Shown here: in pieces, positions 37,582 to 46,967 of the stretch
How positions within the stretch are numbered: the stretch's first letter is position 1
Layout of the letters: each line of letters begins with the position of its first letter
Source of the DNA: Pantanalinema sp.
GTDB taxonomy: Bacteria; Cyanobacteriota; Sericytochromatia; S15B-MN24; UBA4093
NCBI GenBank assembly: GCA_036704125.1
Contig: DATNQI010000060.1
Span: 7,724 to 71,723 of the forward strand
Length of the DNA stretch: 64,000 nucleotides
Direction of reading: 5' to 3'
Notes under the pieces: model-generated
What the model saw: the letters and a program-made list of their open reading frames with translations, nothing else
Databases searched by the model: none
What the model was told of the DNA's origin: nothing
Made by a program: the position numbers and the translations under genes

Positions 37582-37622
37582 GACGTCCCCCGGCTCAGCG
37601 AGCCGGGGGACGTCTCTTTTGG
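37582..37622 (+). terminator. Strong Rho-independent terminator after the protease gene
   Basis: Perfect 14-bp stem GACGTCCCCCGGCT / AGCCGGGGGACGTC with loop CAGCG, followed by TCTTTTGG. Confidence 0.8.
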
Positions 37623-37687
37623 CATTTAGATTCGAACCGAGCAGGGTACAACTCAGCCTGGTGATGGACTTTTTGTGAGGCGTTCGA

Positions 37688-38809
37688 GTGCTACTAAAAT
37701 CTGCAGACAGCAAGGATAATCAGATTGCCGAAATCGAGGCGCGCTCGAAGGCTGCTACGGGCACGCAGCGCGCGAGGCTCGAGCGTGACGTCCGGAACAT
37801 TCGCGCGGGCATAAAGACCGAAGGCGACGTCGCATACCTCATCAACTTCGACTACCAGAAGAGCCAGAACTGGGTTGTCATCCACGATCTAAGGCTCGAA
37901 ATCGGCGGCCGAGTGGCCCAGATCGACCACCTGCTCATCAATCGCTTCCTTCATGTTTATGTGCTGGAGACCAAGAGCTTCCACAGCGGCTTCAAGATCG
38001 ACGAGCACGGCGAGTTCCTTCGCTGGAACAACTTCGACAAGAAGTACGAGGGAATGGCCTCGCCGCTGGAGCAAAACGAGCGGCATGTTTCGGTGCTCAG
38101 GGAAGCCTTCAAGACGATCAAGTTACCCACGAAACTCGGCGTCACGCTGGCACCGATCTTCCATTCGTATGTTCTCGTCTCGCCCAACGCGCGGATCGAT
38201 CGCCCGAAAAGCTTTGACACGAGCAAGGTCATCAAGGCCGACGCACTGAAGACAACCATCGACAAGCACTACGACGGCATGGGAGTCGCCGGTGCGTTCG
38301 GCAACCTCGCAAGAGTCATCGGGGAGGGGGTCCTGTACGCGATCGGGCAGCGCCTCGTGGCCCAGCACAAGCCTCTTCACCCCGTGCCCGAAGCAGGAGA
38401 GTCTGTAGCCTTTGGGGGGGGATACGCGAATCCGGCAGTTGCCCCCTTGGCGACGATGAGCTCACCTCAAGCGAGTGCTCCGGAAACCGTGATCGAACAG
38501 CTCGGGGGACAGCGAACCCTCCCGAACACTTCGCCCTTGAGAGGCAGCGGGCCACTCTCACAGGCGGCAACGATCGCCCCTGAGCTAGCCCCCAGTTGCA
38601 AAAACTGCGGCAAGGGCATCGGAAGTATTCTTCACGGCCAGTATGGCTACTATTTCAAGTGTTCGGGTTGCGCCGGAAACACGTCCATGAAGTGGGACTG
38701 CGGTAACTCGGGGCATACGCCGCGCGTCCGCAAGGAAGGGCGCAACTTCTACCGCGAGTGCCAAGGCTGCGACACCAGCACTCTTTTTCATACGAACCCC
38801 GAGAGTTAG
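37688..38809 (+). CDS. NERD (nuclease-related) domain protein with C-terminal Cys-rich zinc-ribbon modules
   Basis: NERD core VIHDLRLEIGGRVAQIDHLLINRFLHVYVLETKSF. The C-terminus has CKNCG..CSGC and C..H..CQGC clusters. GC content is lower than in the flanks. Confidence 0.75.
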   Translation: MLLKSADSKDNQIAEIEARSKAATGTQRARLERDVRNIRAGIKTEGDVAYLINFDYQKSQNWVVIHDLRLEIGGRVAQIDHLLINRFLHVYVLETKSFHSGFKIDEHGEFLRWNNFDKKYEGMASPLEQNERHVSVLREAFKTIKLPTKLGVTLAPIFHSYVLVSPNARIDRPKSFDTSKVIKADALKTTIDKHYDGMGVAGAFGNLARVIGEGVLYAIGQRLVAQHKPLHPVPEAGESVAFGGGYANPAVAPLATMSSPQASAPETVIEQLGGQRTLPNTSPLRGSGPLSQAATIAPELAPSCKNCGKGIGSILHGQYGYYFKCSGCAGNTSMKWDCGNSGHTPRVRKEGRNFYRECQGCDTSTLFHTNPES

Positions 38810-38848
38810 CGTTCGTAGGGGCAAGCGCGAGACGGTGATCCTTCTTGC

Positions 38849-39664
38849 TTACCGAACCAGGGAAATGAAAGCGTCGCGCAAGCGCATTCCCCATGAAGTG
38901 GCGCCAGGAGGCTGCAGCTTTTTTGCCTCGATGCGCCCCACCGGCATCGCCCCCATCAGGGCGTTGGTGAGAAAGATTTCGCGCGCCGTCTCGAGGACGG
39001 GCACGCCGAGCGTTGCCTCGCGCACCTCGGCGCCGGCCACCCGCAGCCGCGCGATCGCCCAGGCCCGCCCGACCCCCGCGAGGGGGCCCGCGCTCAGCGG
39101 GGGCGTGACGACTTCCCCGTCGGAGAGGACGACAAAGACGTTGCAGGTCGTGGTCTCGACCGCGTAGCCAGCCGGATCCGTCAGCAGTGCATCGTGGTAG
39201 CCCTGGGCGCGGGCGCGATCGCGCGCCAGCAGAAAAGGCAGATATCCGAGCGTCTTGAGGCCCGCCAAAGGCGAGGCACCGCCCGGATGTCCAGGCGCAA
39301 GACACACGTCGTAAGGCGGATTCGGCAGGGCGTAGGGCTGCGCGGTCGCAAACAGGGTCGAACCCTCGCCGAGCAAGGCAGCACCGCGGGTCAAGGTCAG
39401 GCGCACCCGCGCGTCGGGGTGAGCCTCGGCTTCGAGCAGGCGCGCCAGGTCCCGGGTGATGGCTTCGCGATCCCGCCTTACCGGGATTCCGAGGCGCGCG
39501 GCCCCTGAAAAGAGCCGATCGAGATGACGTTCGAGAAGGGGCATGCGGCCCTTCACCGCCCGGATCGTCTCGAAGAGGCCGTAGCCGAAGAGCAGGCCCT
39601 CGTCCAGGGCCGAGACACGCGCCTCTTGGGCGTCCAGCAGTTCGCCGTTCAGGACGATGCGCAT
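38849..39664 (-). CDS. pabC: Aminodeoxychorismate lyase (class IV aminotransferase fold)
   Basis: 271-aa class IV aminotransferase-like sequence that overlaps the 3' end of the upstream pabB-like gene by 16 nt. Confidence 0.7.
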   Translation of the reverse strand: MRIVLNGELLDAQEARVSALDEGLLFGYGLFETIRAVKGRMPLLERHLDRLFSGAARLGIPVRRDREAITRDLARLLEAEAHPDARVRLTLTRGAALLGEGSTLFATAQPYALPNPPYDVCLAPGHPGGASPLAGLKTLGYLPFLLARDRARAQGYHDALLTDPAGYAVETTTCNVFVVLSDGEVVTPPLSAGPLAGVGRAWAIARLRVAGAEVREATLGVPVLETAREIFLTNALMGAMPVGRIEAKKLQPPGATSWGMRLRDAFISLVR

Positions 39665-41040
39665 GCGGCCTCGACCCCCAGCGAGCGGAAGAAGGCGGCG
39701 GCCTTGTCGAGCGTCTCCTGGTACTCGGCATCGGCGTTTGAGTCCGCCACGATGCCGCCGCCCACCTGGACGTAGACCCTGTCGGGGAAGGCCACCGCCG
39801 TTCGGATGGCGATGTTGAGGTCCAGATCCCCGTCCCGCCCGAGATAGCCGATGGCCCCCGTGTACACCCCGCGCCGGGTCGGCTCGAGGCCCTCGAGGAT
39901 CTCCATGGCGCGGATCTTGGGGGCGCCGGTGATCGAGCCGCCCGGGAAGGTGGCCGCGAGCAGCGATCCCACGCCCTGGCCCGGCGCGAGCCGGCCCTCC
40001 ACCGTCGAGACCATGTGCCAGACGGTCGGATGGGCCTCCAGGGCGAAGCGCTCGCTCACCTCGACCGAGCCGAGGCGGCAGACCCGACCCAGGTCGTTGC
40101 GCTCGAGGTCCACGATCATCAGGTGCTCGGCGCGGTCCTTGACGCTGGCGCGCAGCTCGTCGGCGAGGCGCGCGTCCTCGTCGGGGGTGCGGCCTCTCGG
40201 GCGAGTCCCCTTGATGGGGGCCGTCACGACGCGATCGCCGCGCAAGCGCAAGAACCGCTCGGGCGAGACGCTCACGATGGCGGCCTCACCGGCGTTGAGG
40301 TAGGCCGCGAAGGGGGCGGGGTTCTGCTCGCACAGCCGCTCGAACCAGGCGTAGGCGTCGCCCTCGACGGGGATCTCGAAGCGCTGCGAGAGGTTGGCCT
40401 GGTAGATGTCGCCGGCCGCGATGTGTTCGAGCACCCGCGCGAGCGCCGCGCGGTAGGCCTCGCGCGAGAAGGTCGAGCGGGGCGCCCCCACGGCCCGAGC
40501 GCTCGCGGAAGGCGGCGGGGCGCTCAGGTCGCGCAGGCGGCGCTCCCAGTGCTCGCGCTTGGCCGCGATTGCCTCGGAGCCCTCGCCCGGCGCGGGGGCG
40601 ACGCAAAGGAGGGCGCGGCCTTCGGCCGGAACGGCCACGACCACGTCGTGGAACCCCACGATCATCTCGGGAAGGCCCAGATCGTCGGGGGCGAGGCGGG
40701 GGAGGCGCTCGAGTTGCCAGCCGAGGTCGTAGCTCAGGTAGCCCACCGCCCCGCCCCAGAAGGGCGGCGCCCCCTCGCAGGCCGGCAGGCGCCACCGGGT
40801 GAGCAGCTCCTGGAGGGCGTCCAGGGGATGCCCGCGCCAGGACCGTTCATCGGCGTCGCGCGCGAGGGTCGTGGTATCGCCTCGGCTGGTCAGGAGCTCC
40901 CGGGGCGCAAAGCCGATGAACTGCCAGCCGTCCGGCGCGTCCCCGCTGTCGAGGATGAAGCCGTGGGGCTGGGCGGCGGCGTGGGCGCGAACGCATGAGA
41001 GGTCGATGCCAAGGGGCAGTGGCGCGACGGTGGTGGGCAT
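39649..41040 (-). CDS. pabB: Aminodeoxychorismate synthase component I (chorismate-binding enzyme)
   Basis: Chorismate-binding motifs SPERFLRL, PGGSITGAPK and GVYTGAIGY. The pabB rather than trpE assignment rests on coupling to the lyase gene. Confidence 0.8.
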   Translation of the reverse strand: MPTTVAPLPLGIDLSCVRAHAAAQPHGFILDSGDAPDGWQFIGFAPRELLTSRGDTTTLARDADERSWRGHPLDALQELLTRWRLPACEGAPPFWGGAVGYLSYDLGWQLERLPRLAPDDLGLPEMIVGFHDVVVAVPAEGRALLCVAPAPGEGSEAIAAKREHWERRLRDLSAPPPSASARAVGAPRSTFSREAYRAALARVLEHIAAGDIYQANLSQRFEIPVEGDAYAWFERLCEQNPAPFAAYLNAGEAAIVSVSPERFLRLRGDRVVTAPIKGTRPRGRTPDEDARLADELRASVKDRAEHLMIVDLERNDLGRVCRLGSVEVSERFALEAHPTVWHMVSTVEGRLAPGQGVGSLLAATFPGGSITGAPKIRAMEILEGLEPTRRGVYTGAIGYLGRDGDLDLNIAIRTAVAFPDRVYVQVGGGIVADSNADAEYQETLDKAAAFFRSLGVEAACASS

Positions 41041-41090
41041 GGGCTCCTGCCCCGTCTCGGGGCGGGGTCGGCTGAGGAAGCAGGCGAGTT

Positions 41091-41195
41091 CTAGTGTATC
41101 ACCACCGAGCGCTCAGGGGCCGGCTGGCTCGGGCTGCGTGCCGTGCAGCCCGCGAGCAAGAGAGAAAGGGCGATCGCAAAAAACAGGCGGGTCAT
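41091..41195 (-). CDS. Unannotated 34-aa candidate lipoprotein
   Basis: Not in the ORF track (too short). MTRLFFAIALSLLLAGCTARSPSQPAPERSVVIH has a canonical lipobox LLAGC. GAGGAG lies 8 nt upstream of the ATG, directly after the upstream gene stop. Confidence 0.45.
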   Translation of the reverse strand: MTRLFFAIALSLLLAGCTARSPSQPAPERSVVIH

Positions 41196-41206
41196 GGCGA
41201 GTCTCC

Positions 41207-41926
41207 TCATGGGAACGCGAACGAGAGCCGCGAGCTCACGCGCCGGTCCGCCAGGAGGCTCGCGGTGGCGACCTGGGTGCGCGCGTACGTCCGATTGCCC
41301 CGGCTCGCCGTGACCGTGACCGAGACCGTGCTGGTGCCGCCCGCAGGAGCCGCCACGTTGTCCCAGGTGAAGGTCCGGCTTGCCTGGGCCGCCTCCGCCG
41401 GCAAGCTCGCCTGGGCGCCGTCGATCGCCGAGAGCTCAGCGCTCAGGCGTTCCGGCTTCAGGCCGCTGCTCGTGCTCACGGCGACCTGGATCTCCCACTG
41501 CCCGAGCGGGGTGGAGGCGAGGGTGAGCGCGGGGAGGACGACCCGGGCCGTTTCGTTCGAGACGACGGTGAAGGGGGGCGATGCGACGCTGCCGATCCCG
41601 ATGGTCGCACCCGCGTCCACGTAGGCCTCCAGGCGCGCGGTGTAAGCGCCGGGGATCAGGTGCAGGGCCTCGAAGGCGAAGCTGGCCCCACCAGACGCGA
41701 GCCGCAAGCCCTCGGGCCCGAAGACCCTGGTGTGGCTCACCCCGCTGCCCTGCGGCGCGAGCGTCACCTTGAGGGCCCCGATCTGATCGGCGCGATACTG
41801 GATGCTGCGCCCCGCCTCCCAGCGAAGCTGGACGGTCCCGAGCGGCGGAGTCGCCGCCGGATCGCCCGCGCAGCCCGCAAGGGCGGCGAGGATCCCCCCC
41901 GCCGCCAGCCTGCGAACCGCGTTCAT
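41207..41926 (-). CDS. Lipoprotein, paralog of the adjacent upstream gene
   Basis: Lipobox LAALAGC. Shares blocks with the 41929..42477 product (RSIQY..I.A.KVTL, YVDAG.TIGIG, LTLASTPLG). Confidence 0.65.
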   Translation of the reverse strand: MNAVRRLAAGGILAALAGCAGDPAATPPLGTVQLRWEAGRSIQYRADQIGALKVTLAPQGSGVSHTRVFGPEGLRLASGGASFAFEALHLIPGAYTARLEAYVDAGATIGIGSVASPPFTVVSNETARVVLPALTLASTPLGQWEIQVAVSTSSGLKPERLSAELSAIDGAQASLPAEAAQASRTFTWDNVAAPAGGTSTVSVTVTASRGNRTYARTQVATASLLADRRVSSRLSFAFP

Positions 41927-41928
41927 GG

Positions 41929-42477
41929 CTAGCGGATCACCACCCCCGGCGCGGGGGTGTCCACGATGGTGACGCTGCCGCTGGCGCCGCCCAGCGGCGT
42001 CGCGGCGAGGACCAGGTTGGGCAGGCTGACGCCGGTACCGGCGGGCCCCGCGCTCACGCTGAAGGGGGCCGAGACGCTCTGGCCGATGGCCGTCGCGAGG
42101 CCCGCGTCGAGGAAGGTCTCGACCTTGGCGGTGTAGCTGAAGCTCGGATGTGCGCCGTCCTTGACCTTGAGGTTATCCACGGTGAAGGAGAAGGTGTTGC
42201 CCGCCAGATGGCTTGCGAGCGCCGGACCGGTGAAGCTCGCCTGGGCGATCTGAGTGGCGTCGGCCCCCTCGGTGATCGTCACGCGAACCGCCTGGATGTC
42301 GCCCGCGAGGTACTGGACGCTTCGTCCCTCCTGGGCTGCGAACGAGAGGCGCGCGCTGCCGTAGAGGGGATGGGCCTCGGGTGAGAGCGATCCGCAGGCC
42401 GTCACCGAAACGAGCGCCAGAGCCAGCGCCCCAAACCGTATCTTCACCGTCGCATATTTCCTTTCAAGCAGCCTCAA
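41929..42477 (-). CDS. Lipoprotein, paralog of the adjacent downstream gene
   Basis: Lipobox VSVTACG with beta-rich sequence. There is a 2-nt gap to the next gene. The start may be the internal GTG (VKIRFGAL). Confidence 0.65.
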   Translation of the reverse strand: MRLLERKYATVKIRFGALALALVSVTACGSLSPEAHPLYGSARLSFAAQEGRSVQYLAGDIQAVRVTITEGADATQIAQASFTGPALASHLAGNTFSFTVDNLKVKDGAHPSFSYTAKVETFLDAGLATAIGQSVSAPFSVSAGPAGTGVSLPNLVLAATPLGGASGSVTIVDTPAPGVVIR

Positions 42478-42620
42478 GCAAGCACCCTGACCGCCGTATC
42501 GGCTGTGGTAAGATTAGGATTCGGCTTTGAACGGGGCTTTAATCCCGTATTACAGGTTTTAAAACTTTCGGCCCGGGTTTTTCTGGTGGAATTTCGCACC
42601 CCTACGAGGAGAGGCAGGCG

Positions 42621-43307
42621 ATGGTGGCGAGCAGCAAGGCGCGAATCCTCATCGTCGAAGATTCGCCCGAGATAGCCGCTCTGCTGAACGCGCGCCTCGA
42701 AGCGGAGGGCTTCGAGGTCCGGATCGAGAGGGAAGGGATTGCCGGCCTCTCGGCGGCCCGGAGCGCCCAGCCGGACCTCATCATCCTCGACCGCGCCCTG
42801 CCGGGGCTCGACGGCATCGAGATCTGCCGGCGCGTGCGCCAGGGGTCCGACGTCCCCATCCTGATGCTGACCGCCCACGGCGAGACCCCGGCGCGGATCG
42901 AGGGGCTCAACAGCGGCGCGAGCGACTACGTGCCCAAGCCGTTCGACCTCGACGAGCTCGTGGCGCGCGTGAACGCTCAGCTCCGCCTGAGGCGCCCCCG
43001 GGCACGCACCCGCTTCGAGGTGGGCGACCTCAGCCTCGACCTCGACACGCGAGAGGTGACGCGCGGCGGCGCGCCCATCACCCTGACGCCCAAGGAGTTC
43101 GATCTCCTCAGCTGCCTGATCCAGCAGCCCTACAAGGTCCTGCACCGCGAGCGGATCATCGAGTCGGTCTGGGGCTACGACTTCGACGGCGAGGCCAACA
43201 TCCTCGAGGTCTACGTCAGCCACCTGCGCCAGAAGATCGAGCGATCTGGAGCCCCGAAGCTGCTGCACACGGTCCGCGGGATCGGCTACGTCCTCAAAGA
43301 GGCCTGA
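42621..43307 (+). CDS. OmpR-family response regulator
   Basis: Receiver domain with DLIILDRALPGLDG plus a winged-helix output (LTPKEFDLLSCLI..VYVSHLRQKI..VRGIGYVL). No adjacent histidine kinase. Confidence 0.9.
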   Translation: MVASSKARILIVEDSPEIAALLNARLEAEGFEVRIEREGIAGLSAARSAQPDLIILDRALPGLDGIEICRRVRQGSDVPILMLTAHGETPARIEGLNSGASDYVPKPFDLDELVARVNAQLRLRRPRARTRFEVGDLSLDLDTREVTRGGAPITLTPKEFDLLSCLIQQPYKVLHRERIIESVWGYDFDGEANILEVYVSHLRQKIERSGAPKLLHTVRGIGYVLKEA

Positions 43308-43321
43308 GCTTTTGGACGCTC

Positions 43322-44119
43322 TTAGCGGCTCTGCTTCCAGCGCACCAGGATCGACTCCCGCTGGAAGAGGCGCACCGCGACCGCGAGGGCCGCAAGCCCC
43401 GCCGCGAGCACGAAGCCGAAGGCCCCGATCACGGCCGAGTGGCCGAAGGATAGCCCGCCGCCCACCTGCGAGACGAAGAGCACCACCAGCGGTATGACGA
43501 GCGTCCCGCCGATCTGGTTGGCCGTGCGCACGTCGTTGACCCGCGACGAGACGACCACGAGCAGCATGACGGTGAAGAAGGTCAAGGCCGGCGCCAGGAG
43601 GAGCATCCCCGTGAGCCAGAGCGGCGAGAGAAGGGTGGCCGCCAGGACCCTCGGGGTCGTGAGCGCGTAGCCCGCCGCGAGCGTCAGCAGCCACGGCACC
43701 CAGACCAGCAGCACCCCGGGCAAAGCCGCCGCGAGGGCCTTGCCCAGGAGCAGCTCGGCGGTGCCGAGCGGGGTGGCGAGCAGGGGCTCCAGCGTCCCCT
43801 CCTCCTTCTCGCCGACGATGGAGTAGGCCGCGAGCGTGCTCGGGATCGTCACCGGGAAGATCAGCCACATCAGGAAGAAGGGGGAAAGGGCCGCGTACTG
43901 CGCGAGCTCGACCGGGCTCGCCCCCGCCAGCGAGGCCGGGCGCAAGCGCAGGGGCGGCATCTGGGAAGCAGCGCCATCCATGCCCGCCGCGTACAGCGCG
44001 AGCACCGAAAGCAAGGTCAGGATCGCGAGTGGCACCCCCATGGTGCCGATCAGGCCGGGCCGCCGCAGGACGTCCCGCAGCTCCTTCTCGCAGACCACCA
44101 TCCAGCTAAGCGCGTTCAA
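43322..44119 (-). CDS. ABC-2 type transporter permease
   Basis: 265-aa protein with 6 TM segments, downstream of an ABC ATPase gene on the same strand. Confidence 0.75.
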   Translation of the reverse strand: MNALSWMVVCEKELRDVLRRPGLIGTMGVPLAILTLLSVLALYAAGMDGAASQMPPLRLRPASLAGASPVELAQYAALSPFFLMWLIFPVTIPSTLAAYSIVGEKEEGTLEPLLATPLGTAELLLGKALAAALPGVLLVWVPWLLTLAAGYALTTPRVLAATLLSPLWLTGMLLLAPALTFFTVMLLVVVSSRVNDVRTANQIGGTLVIPLVVLFVSQVGGGLSFGHSAVIGAFGFVLAAGLAALAVAVRLFQRESILVRWKQSR

Positions 44120-44185
44120 CGAAACTGTTCCTCATAGCCGCCTACGGCGGCACTTCGCAACACATGCCTGGTTTTGTTGGATGCG

Positions 44186-45103
44186 CTAGTCAAGGCGCAG
44201 ACTCCCCGTCAACGAAAGGTACACTTGCTCGAGGCTGGCCTTCTCCTCGCGGACGAACAGCACCTCGCCGCCCGCCTCGACCACGGCCCGGACCAGCGTC
44301 GGGTTCTGTCGGACGGGATCCGAGACCGAGACCACGAGCGAGCGCTCGCGCCACTGGACCCCCTGCACGAAGGGCAGCTCCGCCACCCGGCGCAGCAAGA
44401 CGTCCTCGCGGCGCGCAAGCTCCAGCACCGTCTTGGTGCCGAAGCGGTTGCGGCGCAGGCTCTCGGGGGTGTCCACCGCGATGAGCTTGCGCTTGAAGAC
44501 GCCCACCCGGTCGCACAGGCGCTCGGCCTCGTCCAGGTGGTGGGTGCAGAGGAAGACCGTCCGCCCCTGGGCCTTGAGACCCACGATGAAGTCCAGCACC
44601 AGGCGCGCGGCCTCGGGATCGAGGCCAGAGGTGGGCTCGTCCAGAAAGACCAGGTCGGGGTCGTGGATCAGGGCGCGGGCGATCGCGATCTTCTGGCGCA
44701 TGCCCTTGGAGAAGCTGCCCACCGGATCGTGGCGGCGCTCGTAGAGGCCGAGCACCTGGAGGTAGTGGCGGATGGCCGACTCCGCCTCCTGGACCCCGTA
44801 CAGCCGCGCGAAGAAGCGAAGGTTTGCCTCGGCGGAGAGCCTGCGGTACAGGCCCGGGGTCTCGGTCAAGAGCCCGATGCGGCGGCGGATGGCCTGCCCC
44901 TCGGTCCTGACGTCGTGCCCGACCACCGTGGCCGTGCCCCCGGAGGGGGCGATGAGGCCCGCGAGCATCCGCATGACGGTCGTCTTGCCCGCGCCGTTGG
45001 GCCCCAGAAAGCCGAAGACCTCGCCCGGCGCCACGGACAGCGTCAGGTCCTCGACGGCGATGAAGCTTCCGAACTGGCGCGAAAGGTGGCGGGTCTCGAT
45101 CAT
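44186..45103 (-). CDS. ABC transporter ATP-binding protein (ABC-2/DrrA-like)
   Basis: Starts MIETRHLSRQFG at ATG 45103. Walker A GPNGAGKTT, signature FSKGMRQK, Walker B LVFLDEPTSGLD. The upstream 300 codons of the track ORF are a shadow. Confidence 0.85.
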   Translation of the reverse strand: MIETRHLSRQFGSFIAVEDLTLSVAPGEVFGFLGPNGAGKTTVMRMLAGLIAPSGGTATVVGHDVRTEGQAIRRRIGLLTETPGLYRRLSAEANLRFFARLYGVQEAESAIRHYLQVLGLYERRHDPVGSFSKGMRQKIAIARALIHDPDLVFLDEPTSGLDPEAARLVLDFIVGLKAQGRTVFLCTHHLDEAERLCDRVGVFKRKLIAVDTPESLRRNRFGTKTVLELARREDVLLRRVAELPFVQGVQWRERSLVVSVSDPVRQNPTLVRAVVEAGGEVLFVREEKASLEQVYLSLTGSLRLD

Positions 45104-45187
45104 GCTTGACAGCGTAACGCGCGCCACGGACCGTGGCAAGGGTGAGAGGCAAGCCAGCGAGCGGGTATAAGCCTCTTGGAGGCATTC

Positions 45188-46903
45188 ATGGACTGGCGCC
45201 GACTGGGGCCGAGCGCGGCGATCGCCCTTGCCGTGCTGTGCGCCTGCACCCCCACCGCTCCCCCCGCCGTCAGCGGCTTCGACAGCGCCCCGGTGAGGGG
45301 GACCGTCGTGCTGCCGGCCCAGACCGGCGCGAGCACCTACCGGGCCCAGGAGCTGGCTCCACTGGCCGAGCAACCGGGAAGCGGGATCAAGCTCCGCCTG
45401 CTCTCGCGCCAAGGAGCGGCCGTCCCGGCCCTGCCGGAGGTCCTCACGGACAGCGGCGGCCGCTTCGCCTTCTACACGACCATCCCGGACGGGACCTACC
45501 TGGCCGAGGCCGCCTCTGGCACGCCCCGCCGCGTCCGCACCTTCGTCCGGGTCAGGGGCGGCAAGTCGCTCACCACCCTGAGCGCGGCGAGCACCATGCT
45601 CGCCCAGCGCCTCGGGCGCGAGGGGCTCACCCTCGCCCAGCTCGACCAGGGCCGCTTCGACGAGATCGCCGCCCAGGCGCGCGGCATGATGACGAATGCC
45701 GACCTGCCCGACCTTTCCTCGGACGAGGCGATCGCCAGGGGCGTGGACGCCTACCTCGAGGGCCACCTCGTCATCAAGCAGCGCCTCGAGGGCCTGATCG
45801 CGGACATGAGGGCCCTGGAGGGCTCGACCCCAGTCCCCACCGCCACCCCCGGCACCTCCGCTCCGACGCCCGATCCCGGCCCCACCTTCACCCCCGCGCC
45901 CGTCTCCACCGTGGTGCCGACCCCGGCGCCCGTCCCCGAGCCGACGCTCGGTGATCCTGCCGCACCGCTCCAGATCCGAGCGCTGGACGGGGTCCCCTTC
46001 TGGCTCACGCACGAGACCCCCGACATCCTCTGGGTGAGCAGCCCGGCTTCCGGCTCGATCACCCGGATGGCGGGCTCAACGACGGGCTGGTTCAAGCGCT
46101 ATTCCTTCCCGGCTTCCATGCAGGCCTCCTTCATGCCGGGGCAGCTCGCGATCGCTCACCCGGCCGGCGCCCCCGCGACCGTCTGGGTGGCCAACCAGCA
46201 GCACGACGGTCGTCACGTCGCCGTCTTCGACGTCAACGGCAACTTCCTCGGCGCCATCGAGGCGGGGCTGCGCCCTGCCGCGGTGGCGACGGACCAGGAG
46301 CAGCGCGCCTGGGTCGGGGTGGCGGGCGAGGGCAGCGGCCAGGTCAAGGTCTACGGTCCGACCGGCGGCTTGCTGAAGACCCTGGCGGTGTCGGGACGGC
46401 CCTTCAGGATCCAGAGCCACAACGACACCACCTGGATCGCCACCCCGCGCCGGCTCTACCAGGTCTACCACCGGTGGGTCGATGAGCCCGGACAGGCCGG
46501 TTCGTACGTTCGGACGCTGGATCTGCCCGGCCTGAGCGGGGAGCTCTACGACCGCGACATCGTGGCCATGGACGTTCTCAGCGTGAATTCGACCGAGGTC
46601 TGGCTCGTGCTTCAGAACAAGGACGAGAGCAAGGCGGTGCTGGTGAAGGTCGCCCCGGAGAGCATGATCTTGCAATCAGCTCTCTCCTTCAACACCGGCA
46701 AGCCCGTTCACTCGCTGATCATCGACAAGCTGGGGAACAAGTGGGCGGCCACCGAGGACGAGCTCCTCCAGTTCAAGGCCCAGAATCCCCCCTTTTCGGT
46801 CCGACCGGGACAGCAGGTCCTGGGCCTCTTCCCCAACCCGCGGAGCTACGCGTTCTGGGGAATCTTCGGCGGGCCGCCGCAGCTCAGCAAGCTCTCGCCC
46901 TGA
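45188..46903 (+). CDS. Lipoprotein: CarboxypepD_reg-like N-module, Pro/Thr linker, beta-propeller-like C-domain
   Basis: GGAGG 5 nt upstream of ATG 45188. Lipobox AVLCAC. DSGGRFAFYTTIPDGTYL motif, a PTP-rich linker, and a repetitive beta-rich C-half. Confidence 0.6.
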   Translation: MDWRRLGPSAAIALAVLCACTPTAPPAVSGFDSAPVRGTVVLPAQTGASTYRAQELAPLAEQPGSGIKLRLLSRQGAAVPALPEVLTDSGGRFAFYTTIPDGTYLAEAASGTPRRVRTFVRVRGGKSLTTLSAASTMLAQRLGREGLTLAQLDQGRFDEIAAQARGMMTNADLPDLSSDEAIARGVDAYLEGHLVIKQRLEGLIADMRALEGSTPVPTATPGTSAPTPDPGPTFTPAPVSTVVPTPAPVPEPTLGDPAAPLQIRALDGVPFWLTHETPDILWVSSPASGSITRMAGSTTGWFKRYSFPASMQASFMPGQLAIAHPAGAPATVWVANQQHDGRHVAVFDVNGNFLGAIEAGLRPAAVATDQEQRAWVGVAGEGSGQVKVYGPTGGLLKTLAVSGRPFRIQSHNDTTWIATPRRLYQVYHRWVDEPGQAGSYVRTLDLPGLSGELYDRDIVAMDVLSVNSTEVWLVLQNKDESKAVLVKVAPESMILQSALSFNTGKPVHSLIIDKLGNKWAATEDELLQFKAQNPPFSVRPGQQVLGLFPNPRSYAFWGIFGGPPQLSKLSP

Positions 46904-46967
46904 GCGGCGCGGGGTGAAGGGCAGGCAGCCCGGCACCACCCGCCAGGAGCGGGCAGCGCCTCACGGC

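Noticed and set aside
37625-37650. tRNA-like GATTCGAACC segment at the left edge of the NERD islet (possible att remnant)
   Set aside because: Only a T-loop-like heptamer is present. No acceptor or anticodon arms can be folded, and no matching direct repeat was found at the right edge.
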